Below are positions 53,232 to 63,998 of a stretch of 64,000 nucleotides of DNA, in pieces (position 1 is the first letter of the stretch; each line of letters begins with the position of its first letter). The notes beneath the pieces are model-generated. The model ran no database searches. It was not told the origin of the DNA and worked only from the letters and a program-made list of their open reading frames with translations. Origin of the DNA: Candidatus Poribacteria bacterium (lineage in GTDB: Bacteria > Poribacteria > WGA-4E > WGA-3G); NCBI GenBank assembly GCA_965205025.1, contig CBDBFU010000003.1, positions 150,171 through 214,170 on the forward strand. Reading direction: 5' to 3'. The translations under genes and the position numbers were made by a program.

Positions 53232-54485
53232 TTATTGGGATCTTAAGGCATCAATCGGTGATATTTGTGAAGCTTTTATAGCAGGATATAGACCGAAGAT
53301 AATGGCAATTAAAACTGATATACTAACAGAGATAAACATCCATTGTAGTGAAATCACAATTGGCCAATGTGGAACGACTTTTACGATTTTGACTGCAATC
53401 TGAGAACAGGCATATCCTGTACCTATACCGAGTACTATACCTAATACACCTCCGATACAACACATTACAAGAGTTTCGATCAGAAACTGCAAGAAAATAT
53501 CACTCTGTTTTGCTCCGATGGCTCTGCGGATCCCAATTTCTCGTGTGCGTCTGGATACAGATACCAGCATCATATTCATTATGCCTACGCTTCCAACAAA
53601 CAGTGAAAAGGTTGCTATACTACTAAGCATAATCTTGATGATACGACTGATTTTATCAAGTTTTTCTACAGCATGACTGGAAAAACTGATGTCAAAAAAG
53701 TTGTCTTGATTTCGATGTCGTCTTCTTAGGACGTCTTTTATTTCTTCAACGGCTTTCTGGATAGAGTTCGTATCTACAGCTTTAATGTTGAGATAATTAA
53801 CGTGGTTTTTTCCGGTAAATCTGTCTTGTGCTGTTGTTAATGGCATAAATACGATGTTATCCCAACTGAATCCGTATTGTAGGCTTCTTCCCCGTTTAGC
53901 CATGACTCCGACTATGGTAAATCGGACAGGTTTTCCGCCTTGAAGTGAAAGTTTGATTTCTTTTCCCAACGGGTTTTGATTTCCAAATAGTTCTGCTGTG
54001 ACCTCTGTTCCAATTACACATACCATTCTATGGTCATAGAATTCCTCTTCTGTAAAGAAACGTCCTTGCTGAATTTGCCACTTCATACCTATTGGAAAGT
54101 TAGAATTAACTCCATCATATTCTACCCAATTTGTCATCCCATCATCAACTTTTGCAAATAAATCACCAGAGATACTCGGTATAACAAATTCAACAGCAGG
54201 ACATTGAGCTTCGATTGCTAAGACATCATCATAACTCAAGTGTTCGCTACTACGATTTGGTATGGCTTTATTTCCGATCCAAATCCAAGGGTTTCGTCGA
54301 ACTATAAAATCTGCGCCATACTTATCGAACTCTTGCATGACAATAACTTTCGCCCCATCACCGATAGCGAGCATTGCTAAGACAGCACCAACACCTATGA
54401 TAAGTCCTATTATTGTTAGTATTGATTGTAATTTTTCTTGTAAAATAGAGGAGATTCCGGTAGAAATCCCTTCGTAAAGTTTCAT
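53232..54485 (-). CDS. MacB/FtsX-like ABC permease
   Basis: LTIIG.IIGV, periplasmic domain, VG.VGIMNMMLVSV..RTREIGIRRAIGA, P.DALR. Confidence 0.92.
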   Translation of the reverse strand: MKLYEGISTGISSILQEKLQSILTIIGLIIGVGAVLAMLAIGDGAKVIVMQEFDKYGADFIVRRNPWIWIGNKAIPNRSSEHLSYDDVLAIEAQCPAVEFVIPSISGDLFAKVDDGMTNWVEYDGVNSNFPIGMKWQIQQGRFFTEEEFYDHRMVCVIGTEVTAELFGNQNPLGKEIKLSLQGGKPVRFTIVGVMAKRGRSLQYGFSWDNIVFMPLTTAQDRFTGKNHVNYLNIKAVDTNSIQKAVEEIKDVLRRRHRNQDNFFDISFSSHAVEKLDKISRIIKIMLSSIATFSLFVGSVGIMNMMLVSVSRRTREIGIRRAIGAKQSDIFLQFLIETLVMCCIGGVLGIVLGIGTGYACSQIAVKIVKVVPHWPIVISLQWMFISVSISVLIAIIFGLYPAIKASQISPIDALRSQ

Positions 54486-54551
54486 TTCTTTGCTCCCAGA
54501 AATAGAAAATTATATAGACGGATATGTGCGGATTGTTTTGAATATTTATAC

Positions 54552-56402
54552 TTAAATATACCATTGTGCTTGTGCTTTAAAGAATTGTGCATAGAGACCA
54601 TCTTTTGCCAGCAATGTCTCGTGGTTTCCGTCTTCAACAACTTTTCCATTGTCAATTACAACGATCCGATCACAAGAACGAACGGAGGATAAACGGTGTG
54701 AAATTAACACCGAGGTACGTCCGGCACTCCGTTCAATAAATCGTTCATAAACCGCCTGTTCGGCTAACGGGTCGAGTGCTGCAGTTGGTTCGTCAAGAAC
54801 GACTAACCATGGTGTTTCCCGCATGAAACTCCGAGCAGTTGCGAGACGTTGCCATTCACCACCGGAGAGGTCACGTCCCCCAAAAGTAGGACCTAATACT
54901 GTCTCATAACCTTCACTCAATCCGTCAACCACTGAAACTGCACCACCCGCGAGAGCTGCTACTTCCATGCGTTCAGGATGTTTTAAGTCCCCGAAATTGA
55001 TATTTTCACGTGCAGTGAGGTGATACTTCATAAAGTCTTGGAAAACTGCACTGCAATATGTTGCCCATTCTCTATGATTCTCCTCAGTTATTGGTATGTC
55101 TCCTATACGTATTGTGCCTATCTGTGGACGGTAAAGACCTAAGAGTATACGCGCCAACGTGGTTTTACCTGCCCCATTAGGTCCTACGAATGCAACCCGT
55201 TCACCTTGGTTCAAAGTAAGGTTTATATCAGTTAACACCGGATTTTGTGCATTTGGATAGAAGAACGAGATATTTTCTACCTGCAGGTTTGGAGGATCAT
55301 GTGTATTTATCTGACGGAAATATTGATAATCCTCTGATGATTGTTTGTCCTTTATATTTGCGTGGACTGTCCGTACATCACGATCTAAAAAGGCGTACAA
55401 ATTTCCTGACAAACGTCGCATCTCACTTCCTATTACTTGAAAATAGCCAACAGTACTGTTCCAAATACCGTCTAATTGAACGAGTGCAGCGGCAGCAGCA
55501 ATATATGTTCCAACAGTTAACCCTCCTCGAAATACCTCCAGTAGTAATAATATAAGTGAACAAGCGTATAACAAGCCGCGTCCAAGATCAATCGCAATAT
55601 GTACCGAAAATTTGCGGCGTTCAATTGTGTGCTGTTCTTTTATGAGTTTCTGCCACAATTTTCGCCAACTTTCAATCCATAAGTCTTGTGCTTGATATAA
55701 TCTAATTTCCTTTCCAGCACCGCGATCCGTTAGAATTCCTGCTAACGCATCTCGTTCCCGCCGTTGTGGTGTCTGTTCTACATCTAAATTGTAGGCATTC
55801 GCAGCAAAACGTGAACCACTCCACCAAGAAGCGGTACCAGTTAACGTGGGAAGAAGTGCCAAGAGGGGATGGTAACGCCAGAGTACAATACCAAGGGTAA
55901 TAACACTGATGATTTGTTGAATGCTATCAACAATCCACCATGCGATTTCATCAAGTTCATCACCCGACATTGACCGTGCTCTTTCCACTGCATTTTGAAA
56001 ATCTGCTGTCTGAAGCTCAGTCAATTCTATTGCATTGGTTTTCTGAACGATCTTTTCAGTGATCCATATTTCTATGTTTTCTCTAACGTCAAGGCGTAGT
56101 GGTTCCCTGAACTGGTCAACAAGTGTCCTAAAGATTTGTAATCCGAGTAGAGCGATTAACCACGGCACTACTTGCTGCCACCAACTGGTATCACCTATAG
56201 CAGCCGTGATTGAATTTACTAAGCGTTCTGTTACGAAGAACTCAATAGCAGGCAGCACACCGAGCGATAGGGTAAGAAGCATCATACAGATGAGTGAGAG
56301 TGAACCGCTTTTCCAAATAATCGCAAAAGTTCGACCATAGGCAAGTAAGGCTTCCTTGATTGCTGAACCCCACGTTCTTATTTTGTTTTTAATATTTCGC
56401 AT
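54552..56402 (-). CDS. ABC exporter, fused TMD-NBD (heterodimer partner 2)
   Basis: TM domain; GPNGAGKT, LSGGEWQR, LDEPTAALDP, ISHRLS. Confidence 0.92.
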   Translation of the reverse strand: MRNIKNKIRTWGSAIKEALLAYGRTFAIIWKSGSLSLICMMLLTLSLGVLPAIEFFVTERLVNSITAAIGDTSWWQQVVPWLIALLGLQIFRTLVDQFREPLRLDVRENIEIWITEKIVQKTNAIELTELQTADFQNAVERARSMSGDELDEIAWWIVDSIQQIISVITLGIVLWRYHPLLALLPTLTGTASWWSGSRFAANAYNLDVEQTPQRRERDALAGILTDRGAGKEIRLYQAQDLWIESWRKLWQKLIKEQHTIERRKFSVHIAIDLGRGLLYACSLILLLLEVFRGGLTVGTYIAAAAALVQLDGIWNSTVGYFQVIGSEMRRLSGNLYAFLDRDVRTVHANIKDKQSSEDYQYFRQINTHDPPNLQVENISFFYPNAQNPVLTDINLTLNQGERVAFVGPNGAGKTTLARILLGLYRPQIGTIRIGDIPITEENHREWATYCSAVFQDFMKYHLTARENINFGDLKHPERMEVAALAGGAVSVVDGLSEGYETVLGPTFGGRDLSGGEWQRLATARSFMRETPWLVVLDEPTAALDPLAEQAVYERFIERSAGRTSVLISHRLSSVRSCDRIVVIDNGKVVEDGNHETLLAKDGLYAQFFKAQAQWYI

Positions 56403-56420
56403 GAGTAGTAATATTTCCTT

Positions 56421-58271
56421 TTATTGGTACCAATGTGCTTGTGCGTTAAAGAATTGTGAATAAAGACCATCTTTCGCGAGCAGTACATCATGTGTGCCAT
56501 CTTCAACAATACGTCCAGCATCCAATACCAAGATACGATCTGCAAGGCGGGCAGATCCAATTCGATGTGAAATCAGAAACGTCATTCGTCCTGCAGCCAG
56601 TTGAACAAAACGTTTGTAGAGTTCAACTTCAGCTTGGGGGTCTAAAGCAGCGGTCGGTTCATCGAGTACGAGGATTTGAGGTTTACGCACCAATGCTCGC
56701 GCGAGTGCAATTTTCTGCCATTCGCCACCAGATAACTCCACCCCTTTACCTTCTTCACCGAGCGAAGGATCTAAAAATGTATCTAAACCGAGTGGGAAGG
56801 TTTGGAAACGTTCCCCAATCCCAACTGCCTTGATAACATCCGTAAGTTCATCATCGTCTATAGTGAAGTTTGGAGGTCCAGGAAGCAATTCTTCCCGCAC
56901 AGGTCTCCTAAATCGAGCAAAATCTTGAAATACGGCACTACAGTTAATTGCTATCTGTTCAGGATCAATTGATTGTAAATTCTTGCCGTCGAAGCAGATT
57001 GTACCGTCATCAGGTTGATATAATCCGAGCAGTAATTTTATGAGAGTTGATTTTCCGGCTCCGTTAACACCTACGATACTAACTATTTCTCCAGGACGCA
57101 CATGGATATTTATGTCTTTCAGAATATCTTCGCTTGCTTCCGAGTATCTGAAACGTAGATTACGAATCTCTAACCCTTGTTGTAAAGGTTGTGGAAATTT
57201 TTCTGTTCCAATCTCAATGTGATCACCTTTAGCGCGTTCTAAGAAAAAGTATAAGTCGCAAAGTAGCGGTAAGTCATCAAGTATACGTTGTATTTGTCTA
57301 AGTAATCCTTCCAGATTTCCTTGGAATGTTGCTGCTGCTCCTGTAAGTACAACGTAGTCTCCAAGTGTCAACTGACCGTCTACAATACGTGCCGCAAGAA
57401 TAGTTATTGCTATGGCATAGGCAACGATTTCTGTGATAGTTGTAACAATCGATGCCTTTGCTTCGATCCAAATCATTGCCAATGATTCTTTTCGCCATTT
57501 TTGATGGTTTGTTCGCCAACGTCCGAAAAGTCGGTCAAAAAGTCCATAGACTCGTACTTCCTGTCCAGAGGAAGTGCCGAGTAAGAGACCGATCATATAA
57601 TCCATCATCCGTCGAACAGGTGTTGCTTGGTAGTCATAGGCATATCTGTCTTCGGCTGTTTTAGTTTTGTACCAAGCAGAAGGAATTGCTGGCAACACCA
57701 CTACAAGGACGAGCAGCGGATCTGCAATCCATAGAAGTACACCATACCCTACAAGCGTCACACAAAGCTGACCAATTTCCGTTATGAATCGTAAAATATT
57801 GGTTAGACGGTGCCCCATAGCTTGTTTAGCCCTTTGTATCAAATCGTACGTCTTTGGTTGATCAAAAACGGAAAAGTTAATACGGGTCGCGGCTTCAAGT
57901 AAAGCCTGCTGTTGATGCATGCTAATAAGGTTCTGCATTTTCCAACGCAAATATCCATCGTAAGTTCCTGTTACATTTCTGACAGTTGCCAAAAGAACTA
58001 ATGCGATGATCCACGGTGCAGCAGTTTCTAAACTTGGTTCTATGTCCTGAGCGAGAATACTGGTAATAAGATTTACTAATCCTCGGCTTGCCCAGAGAAT
58101 TCCGACAGGGATAAAACCGTGAAAAAGTGTTAGAAGTGCTTGTAAAATTGCACCGAATGGACTAACTTTCCAAGCGACGAAGAAAAACCGTCGCAACGTT
58201 TTTATTGCTGAGGGGTGATGTTCTGATTCTGTGTTGACAGTGTCAGAGTTATGAATATCCATTATGTTCAC
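56421..58271 (-). CDS. ABC exporter, fused TMD-NBD (heterodimer partner 1)
   Basis: TM domain; GVNGAGKS, LSGGEWQK, LDEPTAALDP, ISHRIG. Confidence 0.92.
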   Translation of the reverse strand: MNIMDIHNSDTVNTESEHHPSAIKTLRRFFFVAWKVSPFGAILQALLTLFHGFIPVGILWASRGLVNLITSILAQDIEPSLETAAPWIIALVLLATVRNVTGTYDGYLRWKMQNLISMHQQQALLEAATRINFSVFDQPKTYDLIQRAKQAMGHRLTNILRFITEIGQLCVTLVGYGVLLWIADPLLVLVVVLPAIPSAWYKTKTAEDRYAYDYQATPVRRMMDYMIGLLLGTSSGQEVRVYGLFDRLFGRWRTNHQKWRKESLAMIWIEAKASIVTTITEIVAYAIAITILAARIVDGQLTLGDYVVLTGAAATFQGNLEGLLRQIQRILDDLPLLCDLYFFLERAKGDHIEIGTEKFPQPLQQGLEIRNLRFRYSEASEDILKDINIHVRPGEIVSIVGVNGAGKSTLIKLLLGLYQPDDGTICFDGKNLQSIDPEQIAINCSAVFQDFARFRRPVREELLPGPPNFTIDDDELTDVIKAVGIGERFQTFPLGLDTFLDPSLGEEGKGVELSGGEWQKIALARALVRKPQILVLDEPTAALDPQAEVELYKRFVQLAAGRMTFLISHRIGSARLADRILVLDAGRIVEDGTHDVLLAKDGLYSQFFNAQAHWYQ

Positions 58272-58381
58272 ACTTTAAATCCTTAGTTAATCTGGTTTAA
58301 TTAGATACAAGTAACATGAGTTTGATTTAAGCTAATGAAGTTTTATTATTGTAAACTTTAGATTTAATTAGACACTTTACT

Positions 58382-58425
58382 TGTAGGAGCGACCTCCCGG
58401 TCGCGACCAGGAGGTCGCTCCTACA
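58382..58425. repeat. GTAG-type REP doublet forming a long palindrome
   Basis: tgtaggagcgacctcc...ggaggtcgctcctaca; shares a core with the 19201-19238 palindrome. Confidence 0.8.
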
Positions 58426-58962
58426 GAAGAGGCGTGGGACACAAACGTAAGTTGAGCCAAATACCATTGCTATAGAATGTTTATTCCAGGAATAGTTGTA
58501 ATGTATGTCTTGAAATACCGCACAAACTGGAAGTTTATGCTACATTAAGAGATTTTGATTATCAGAAATGGAATTATCATCTATGCCTAATATTGCTTAT
58601 ACCTAACTCACGTTACAAGTAGACACAAATAGGCTATAGACTAAAAATCAAAATCTTAAGTCAATTTATATAGGAATTTAGAAGGGAGTGGAATTATGGA
58701 ATTAGAGAATCATAAGTAAAGTTTTGTTAACTTCATAGAGTAGGTAGGATGTTCTAAGTAGGTATATTTATATTCAAATAGTTCGTATTTCAATTTCTTT
58801 GCGATTTAAAATATCTATACACCCTTAACACAATTTCGGATGCACATTTATAGGATACTCTCTAATATTGCTTTTGTCAAAAGTTTTTCTTACCACATCA
58901 GTTGTGGACTGTATGAAGATTAACTATATAATTGGGTAATTTCATGGTGAAGTTCTATAAGT

Positions 58963-59148
58963 TATACCATTCCTATGAAAATGGAATAATAATCCCAAAT
59001 TCCGCTCCCTACATCTGTCGTCTTGCAAGTCACACAACAGATAATAGCAAAATAGGCAGCATAGAAAAAATAAAGTGGTTTGTGCTACAAAGTGAAAGAC
59101 AAAAGATAAAGAAATAGGCAGATAACTGGTCAAGTTGCTTTTGGTATA
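58963..59148. mobile_element. Possible MITE with tatacca/tggtata ends
   Basis: Short TIR of the same type as 19147-19304, with an internal REP-like ccgctccctaca. Confidence 0.4.
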
Positions 59149-59742
59149 TCACTGCTTCCATTGGTATCCTTTTATGTAAGGATCCAATCCTCTTGAATAC
59201 CAAAAATTGATACTGTAAACGACATCTTTTTTTAACAGTATTTCCTCATACATTACCCATGTTGTATCTAATGGGAGCCCTCGTTGTTCAAGGTAATAAG
59301 ACCGTTCAGTAGTATTCATAGTATTCCAGTACATCCGCGTAGAAAACACCCCAATTCGTTGATCCGTAAGGGCGTTTTCATAATCCGAAAAATCGACGAA
59401 AGGTCTACCTAATTCAAACATGTGAGCAAGGTAAACGTCCTGAGGATATACGTCATCTACTTGTCCAAACATCTGTCTTAGTTTTTCGGCTCCGCCATAC
59501 TTAGCAATCAGTTTATCATTCCACATTTTGCACATTTCCTCAACAGTGTACTGTTGATACTTTCTTTTGATTGTAATAAGGTCGATTTCATCCCAATGCC
59601 TTAACCACAGGATTTTTTTTGTAGTGTGCAAGTCTGATAGTGGTGGATCCAGAGAATTACTACCAGATTTAAAGGTATAGATAGACACCGAAACGATGAC
59701 AACGAGAGACATTATGACTATCAGAACTCTATGTTTTTTCAT
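59149..59742 (-). CDS. Membrane-anchored/secreted hypothetical protein, paralogous to 62227-63848
   Basis: N-terminal hydrophobic segment; D..YP...L......G....D..DY..AL and P....W..Y blocks shared with the paralog. Confidence 0.7.
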   Translation of the reverse strand: MKKHRVLIVIMSLVVIVSVSIYTFKSGSNSLDPPLSDLHTTKKILWLRHWDEIDLITIKRKYQQYTVEEMCKMWNDKLIAKYGGAEKLRQMFGQVDDVYPQDVYLAHMFELGRPFVDFSDYENALTDQRIGVFSTRMYWNTMNTTERSYYLEQRGLPLDTTWVMYEEILLKKDVVYSINFWYSRGLDPYIKGYQWKQ

Positions 59743-59770
59743 TTAACTTCTTATACCAAAACTGAAGGTT

Positions 59771-62218
59771 TCAAAACCTTGCGGGTGGTTCTGTTTCAAG
59801 GTATTTGGGATTTTTCTTGATGTCGGTGGGATAGCGAATCTCCCATACCTTTACCTTTGCTGTAGAAAAATCTTTTTGCGGATACACTGGAACAAATTGC
59901 GGACATTCTAATCCACCGAAGAACAATCTTACTGCGAGACTTTTCCAGCCAATAGACGTTATATAATAGGTACTCTTGAGTTTCCCGTGGTTGTCAAAAT
60001 AGAGTAGGATATTACCGTAGCGTTCTGAGATGTCTTTTTTTATGGTTTCAAAGCGTTTTTTACCAAGGTAGACAATGTAAGGCATTGGCACCACCTCACC
60101 CGATTTAAACTGCGCTTTGACAGTGAGTGTATCAACTATATTTTTCTCATTGAAATTAATTTCAATATGCGTCAACGGTGTGTTCGTCAAAGCAGGCGTC
60201 ATTGTATGTATAGTGCCTATTGAGTTTTGCATAGTCATTTCTACTATATTGCCCAATCGGTCAAAGTTGTCATTACTCCCGACGTAAGAATAAGTGCCAG
60301 TATTTTCCATCATGTCATTTTCAATCAGCATCAAGTGTGTTCCGTGATGTGTTTTGAGAAATACCAACGCTTCGTTCTCGGATTGTGCTGCGAAGACATG
60401 TCTACAATAAAGATGTATCCAATATGGGATAAAGTGGTCTTGATCAACTATGGTTTTTACACCACCGAGGACGTTGAGGAGGCTGCCGTATTCCCAACTT
60501 GCTGCCACAACAGCGTTTTCTTGTTTACCAAGCGTCGCTTTCATCCAGTCCAAAGCATTTTTTGTCTCTCCTTGTCCTGGAAATGGTTTCCGCATTTGCG
60601 AGGCTGCTTGAATAGTTCGGTCTCCATGTCTACCCATCGGCATCCAAAATAACAAACCTAATACTACTACAGCTGCGGCTCCAGTTTTTAAGAGTCCTGA
60701 GACAATGTTACTTTTTTCCCTTGTATGCCACCGACTCCGTATCCAAGTGGTGCTTTTTTCAATGACACGCTCTGAAATAAGTTTTACCAATCCCGCTATA
60801 AAGAACGCTATCGGAAACGCAGCAAAAAAACTATACCGCACTGCACCACGTGCAAGTCCTGTCCAAATAAGGAACCATACGAGGACTGCAATATAACAGT
60901 GTTCATTTGCTCCAGGTTCTTTCCGTAGCCAGCCAGCAATCAAAATGACAATGGGGGTTATGCCCAGAGTGGTCAAAAAGAGGGTTTCACAAAACGATTG
61001 TCCACAAAGTTTCGTAAGATACTCTCTGAAAAATATCGTAAGAATAAAGAGCGTAAGTGGAAAAAACAACACTATCCCAATTTTCTCCCATTTTTGAATA
61101 GTGATAACTAACAACCCGATGCTTCCTAACAGAAACACACCACCGAAATTTAGTATCCAATAAAGGTAATTTGGATCTATAAGTTCAGAGACGGTTTGCA
61201 TCAACCGGTCGGGATGGAAAGGGACTGTATTTCGTGAAAAATCGCCACTTTGACTTAGGAGATAGTAGTATACTATAAAGCAGATGCTGACAACGAGTAG
61301 AAATGCCACAGTTCGTGCGTGCAAGCGAAGACGCTTTGAGAAGGGGAACATAGTGAGGAGGAAATATCGAAGATACCGCAATGCTAACAATACTATAGGT
61401 GGAATGAGTACAAATACTTCAAGGTGTGTCGTAAATCCAGAACCGTGCCGGTAGGCAGGTGAAAAAAGATAAAGCGTCGGAACGAACATCAAAACCCATA
61501 AGAGATATTCACCTAAATGTTCTTCGTTTTCAGAAATGAGAAATTGCCAAATCTCTACTGAAAGAATAATGCAGATAAAAACACCGAACCCTGACCACGA
61601 TAAACCTCCTAAAAAAGCGAACCCCCCTGAAAATGCCGAGATGAGATATCTGTGTCTTGTCGTCTGCGTTTGATACTTCCATAGATACGTTGTAACTGTG
61701 AGAACTCCTAAAAGAAAGCACCAACTATCCCTATCTGCAAATCCTATTGTGCTCCTGAGAATAGTGATCGGTAGTGTCGCGAGAATTATACCAACGATAC
61801 AGGCAGAAATAAGATCGGTTGTACGATAAAGGAACATGCACAACACCCCTAACCCGAAAATAAAACAGAGCACAGGTACAATAAGTGCAACGTGATAGAG
61901 TGTGACCTCTGAGAAGAAAAGTGAAATTCCTTTATGTATATAAGCAGGGACATAGGAATAGAAAGGGAGAATGCCTTCTAAGTCTCTACCAAGAGGCATC
62001 CAACGGTGCATATCGAGTGTCGGTAACCCACCCTGTTCCGATATAATGTTTGTCATCCAGTAGTAAAGATAAGCATCTTTCCCAGTGAATTGTCCTTCAG
62101 GGATATTGTCTTTGCCTTGTATCCGTATCCAAAATGCGATCAGCAAAATGCTCAGCAATAGCAGATATGCACCCGCACGTGCGAAAACACGGCTCCAATT
62201 TATTAAACCAATATTCAT
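59771..62218 (-). CDS. STT3/AglB/PglB-like oligosaccharyltransferase (GT-C fold)
   Basis: Many TM helices; DAYLYY, RSTIGFADRD (DxD), TVSE (TIxE-like); periplasmic ASWEYG at the WWDYG position. Confidence 0.8.
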   Translation of the reverse strand: MNIGLINWSRVFARAGAYLLLLSILLIAFWIRIQGKDNIPEGQFTGKDAYLYYWMTNIISEQGGLPTLDMHRWMPLGRDLEGILPFYSYVPAYIHKGISLFFSEVTLYHVALIVPVLCFIFGLGVLCMFLYRTTDLISACIVGIILATLPITILRSTIGFADRDSWCFLLGVLTVTTYLWKYQTQTTRHRYLISAFSGGFAFLGGLSWSGFGVFICIILSVEIWQFLISENEEHLGEYLLWVLMFVPTLYLFSPAYRHGSGFTTHLEVFVLIPPIVLLALRYLRYFLLTMFPFSKRLRLHARTVAFLLVVSICFIVYYYLLSQSGDFSRNTVPFHPDRLMQTVSELIDPNYLYWILNFGGVFLLGSIGLLVITIQKWEKIGIVLFFPLTLFILTIFFREYLTKLCGQSFCETLFLTTLGITPIVILIAGWLRKEPGANEHCYIAVLVWFLIWTGLARGAVRYSFFAAFPIAFFIAGLVKLISERVIEKSTTWIRSRWHTREKSNIVSGLLKTGAAAVVVLGLLFWMPMGRHGDRTIQAASQMRKPFPGQGETKNALDWMKATLGKQENAVVAASWEYGSLLNVLGGVKTIVDQDHFIPYWIHLYCRHVFAAQSENEALVFLKTHHGTHLMLIENDMMENTGTYSYVGSNDNFDRLGNIVEMTMQNSIGTIHTMTPALTNTPLTHIEINFNEKNIVDTLTVKAQFKSGEVVPMPYIVYLGKKRFETIKKDISERYGNILLYFDNHGKLKSTYYITSIGWKSLAVRLFFGGLECPQFVPVYPQKDFSTAKVKVWEIRYPTDIKKNPKYLETEPPARF

Positions 62219-62226
62219 GCCGTTTT

Positions 62227-63848
62227 TTAATCCGCTGGTGGCGGTTCTTCTTCCTTCGGAGGTCTGGATAACATCCGCTCTATCTGTGCTGCAGCCTCTG
62301 GGTCAACTTCCTTAATCCTGTGGAGACCTTTTTCCGGACCATGCCGATCGAGAATATCGAAAGCACGATTAAGACGTTCAGGTGAAATACGTCTTGTTTC
62401 AAACTGTTCACGGAAGGCAGATTCAATATTTTTCTTCGGTGGCAGTTCGGGAAAGGTTTTCCTTAAAAGTTTTTCAAATTCTGCTTCTAACTCTGCATCA
62501 CTCATGCCAGCAAATCTATCAAATTCGCGTTGTGCATTCTCAAATTGTTCTCTTGCATCTTGCGCTGCTCTTTCAGTTTCTTCCACTAATCTATTGTCAG
62601 GGATACTTGGCACACCCGGTGACACGACTTCTTGCGACGCAAAAGAACCACCCCACCCATTCGCGTGGAGTGCTTCCTCTAAACCGGGTGGTGGTTTCCA
62701 ACCTTGTGGCGGTTTCCAGTCATTCGGTGGGAGTTCAACGTGCCGCAGCATATCTGGCGTGATGAACGAGGGTGCCTCTCCCCTTTTCATCTCCGGCGTA
62801 ATCAGCGGCGGACGCTCCGACAAAACGTTGTAATGCTCATCAATGTAGATCACCTCTATCCCTTCCGGATGAACACCGTAATTTGTCAGATTTGTTTGTT
62901 GTTCCTCTGTCAAGTCTCTTCCATAAAATGAGGTTGCCAAACCATTTCTCATGACATAGACACGCTTGCCATTATAGCGCAGAAATACGTCAGGGTTACT
63001 CTCCGGAATATATCCACCGGTATACTCTGGATCCTCGCGGGTTGCAGAATTAAAACGTTGAAACATAGAAACCTCCACATCAATAAAGGCATCTTTATAG
63101 GTTTCCCAATCATCCGTCGGCGGAATATTAAGTCTACCCGATGCCCACTGCTCCGGATTATTTCTCGCTTTCTCTACAGACCAACGCAGATTCAACGCCT
63201 CTCTATAATCGTTATGATCTAAAATCGCATACCCTTTGTCTACAAACAGCTGCAACCACTCTTCACGCGGATATTTCTCATCCATCTCCTCTACTGCTAT
63301 CGCAGATCCATGAGAGCCATACCTGCCATCAAAATTCTCCCGAAGCGCCGCAACAGTCTGCGGACCTTCATACACATACGGAGGCACGCGGGGAAACTCA
63401 AATTCAATATTGACCATCCACTCCATAACTTCGGATGGATCTCCATATACGTTTTGAAGCTCCTGTGCTTTTGCTACATATCGCGCACGCGCCACCTCAC
63501 GGTATTTTGCTAACACTTTGGCTCGATAGTCCTCATCTGTTATTGGGGATTCAACAACTGCTATATATTCAGGGTCCATGAGCCGCTTTTTGAATTCGGA
63601 TTCTTTCCTTTTCACCCATTTGTCTACCCATTTTTCCCATGCAGGTGCTAATGCAGGTGCCAATCCCATTTCTTTTTCAGGGGTAACACCCTCAATTGCA
63701 ACAGACGGGTTATCCGACTGAACAGCAGGCGGGGCACATTCATACGAACCCACTCATCCCAAGGGGTAGACCGACGGTTAGATACAATCACAATAAAGGT
63801 AACCGCCAAAATTGTCAGAAGACTACAGATTATCAAAAACTTTTTCAC
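62227..63848 (-). CDS. Membrane-anchored/secreted hypothetical protein; GTG start at 63848, apparent frameshift near 63733
   Basis: RBS ggagg precedes a signal/TM segment (ORF 63648-63848), which joins ORF 62227-63753 at a G/C run. Pro-rich linker and helical C-terminus. Confidence 0.7.
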
Positions 63849-63882
63849 AGTGAACCTCCTTTGTGTCCAAAGTAAGAAGGTA

Positions 63883-63915
63883 GGGAAGCATGCACAGGTA
63901 ACGTGAATGCTTCCC
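63883..63915. other. Intergenic hairpin
   Basis: gggaagcat.cac...gtg.atgcttccc stem. Confidence 0.55.
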
Positions 63916-63926
63916 GACAGAAATGT

Positions 63927-63998
63927 TTACCAAGGTGTAATCCACTCAAGGAAAGACGGTTTGTAAGTGTCAGGGGCATAGGCCATTGGCATGTCATC
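63927..63998 (-). CDS. Probable 3' end of an upstream gene that extends beyond the window
   Basis: Open frame ...DDMPMAYAPDTYKPSFLEWITPW* ends just before the hairpin. Confidence 0.4.
   Translation of the reverse strand, partial: DDMPMAYAPDTYKPSFLEWITPW

Noticed and set aside
58932-59133. Short Cys-containing ORFs as RiPP precursors for the ABC exporters
   Set aside because: They lie within a MITE-like AT-rich stretch, lack an RBS or leader motif, and no modifying enzymes are nearby.
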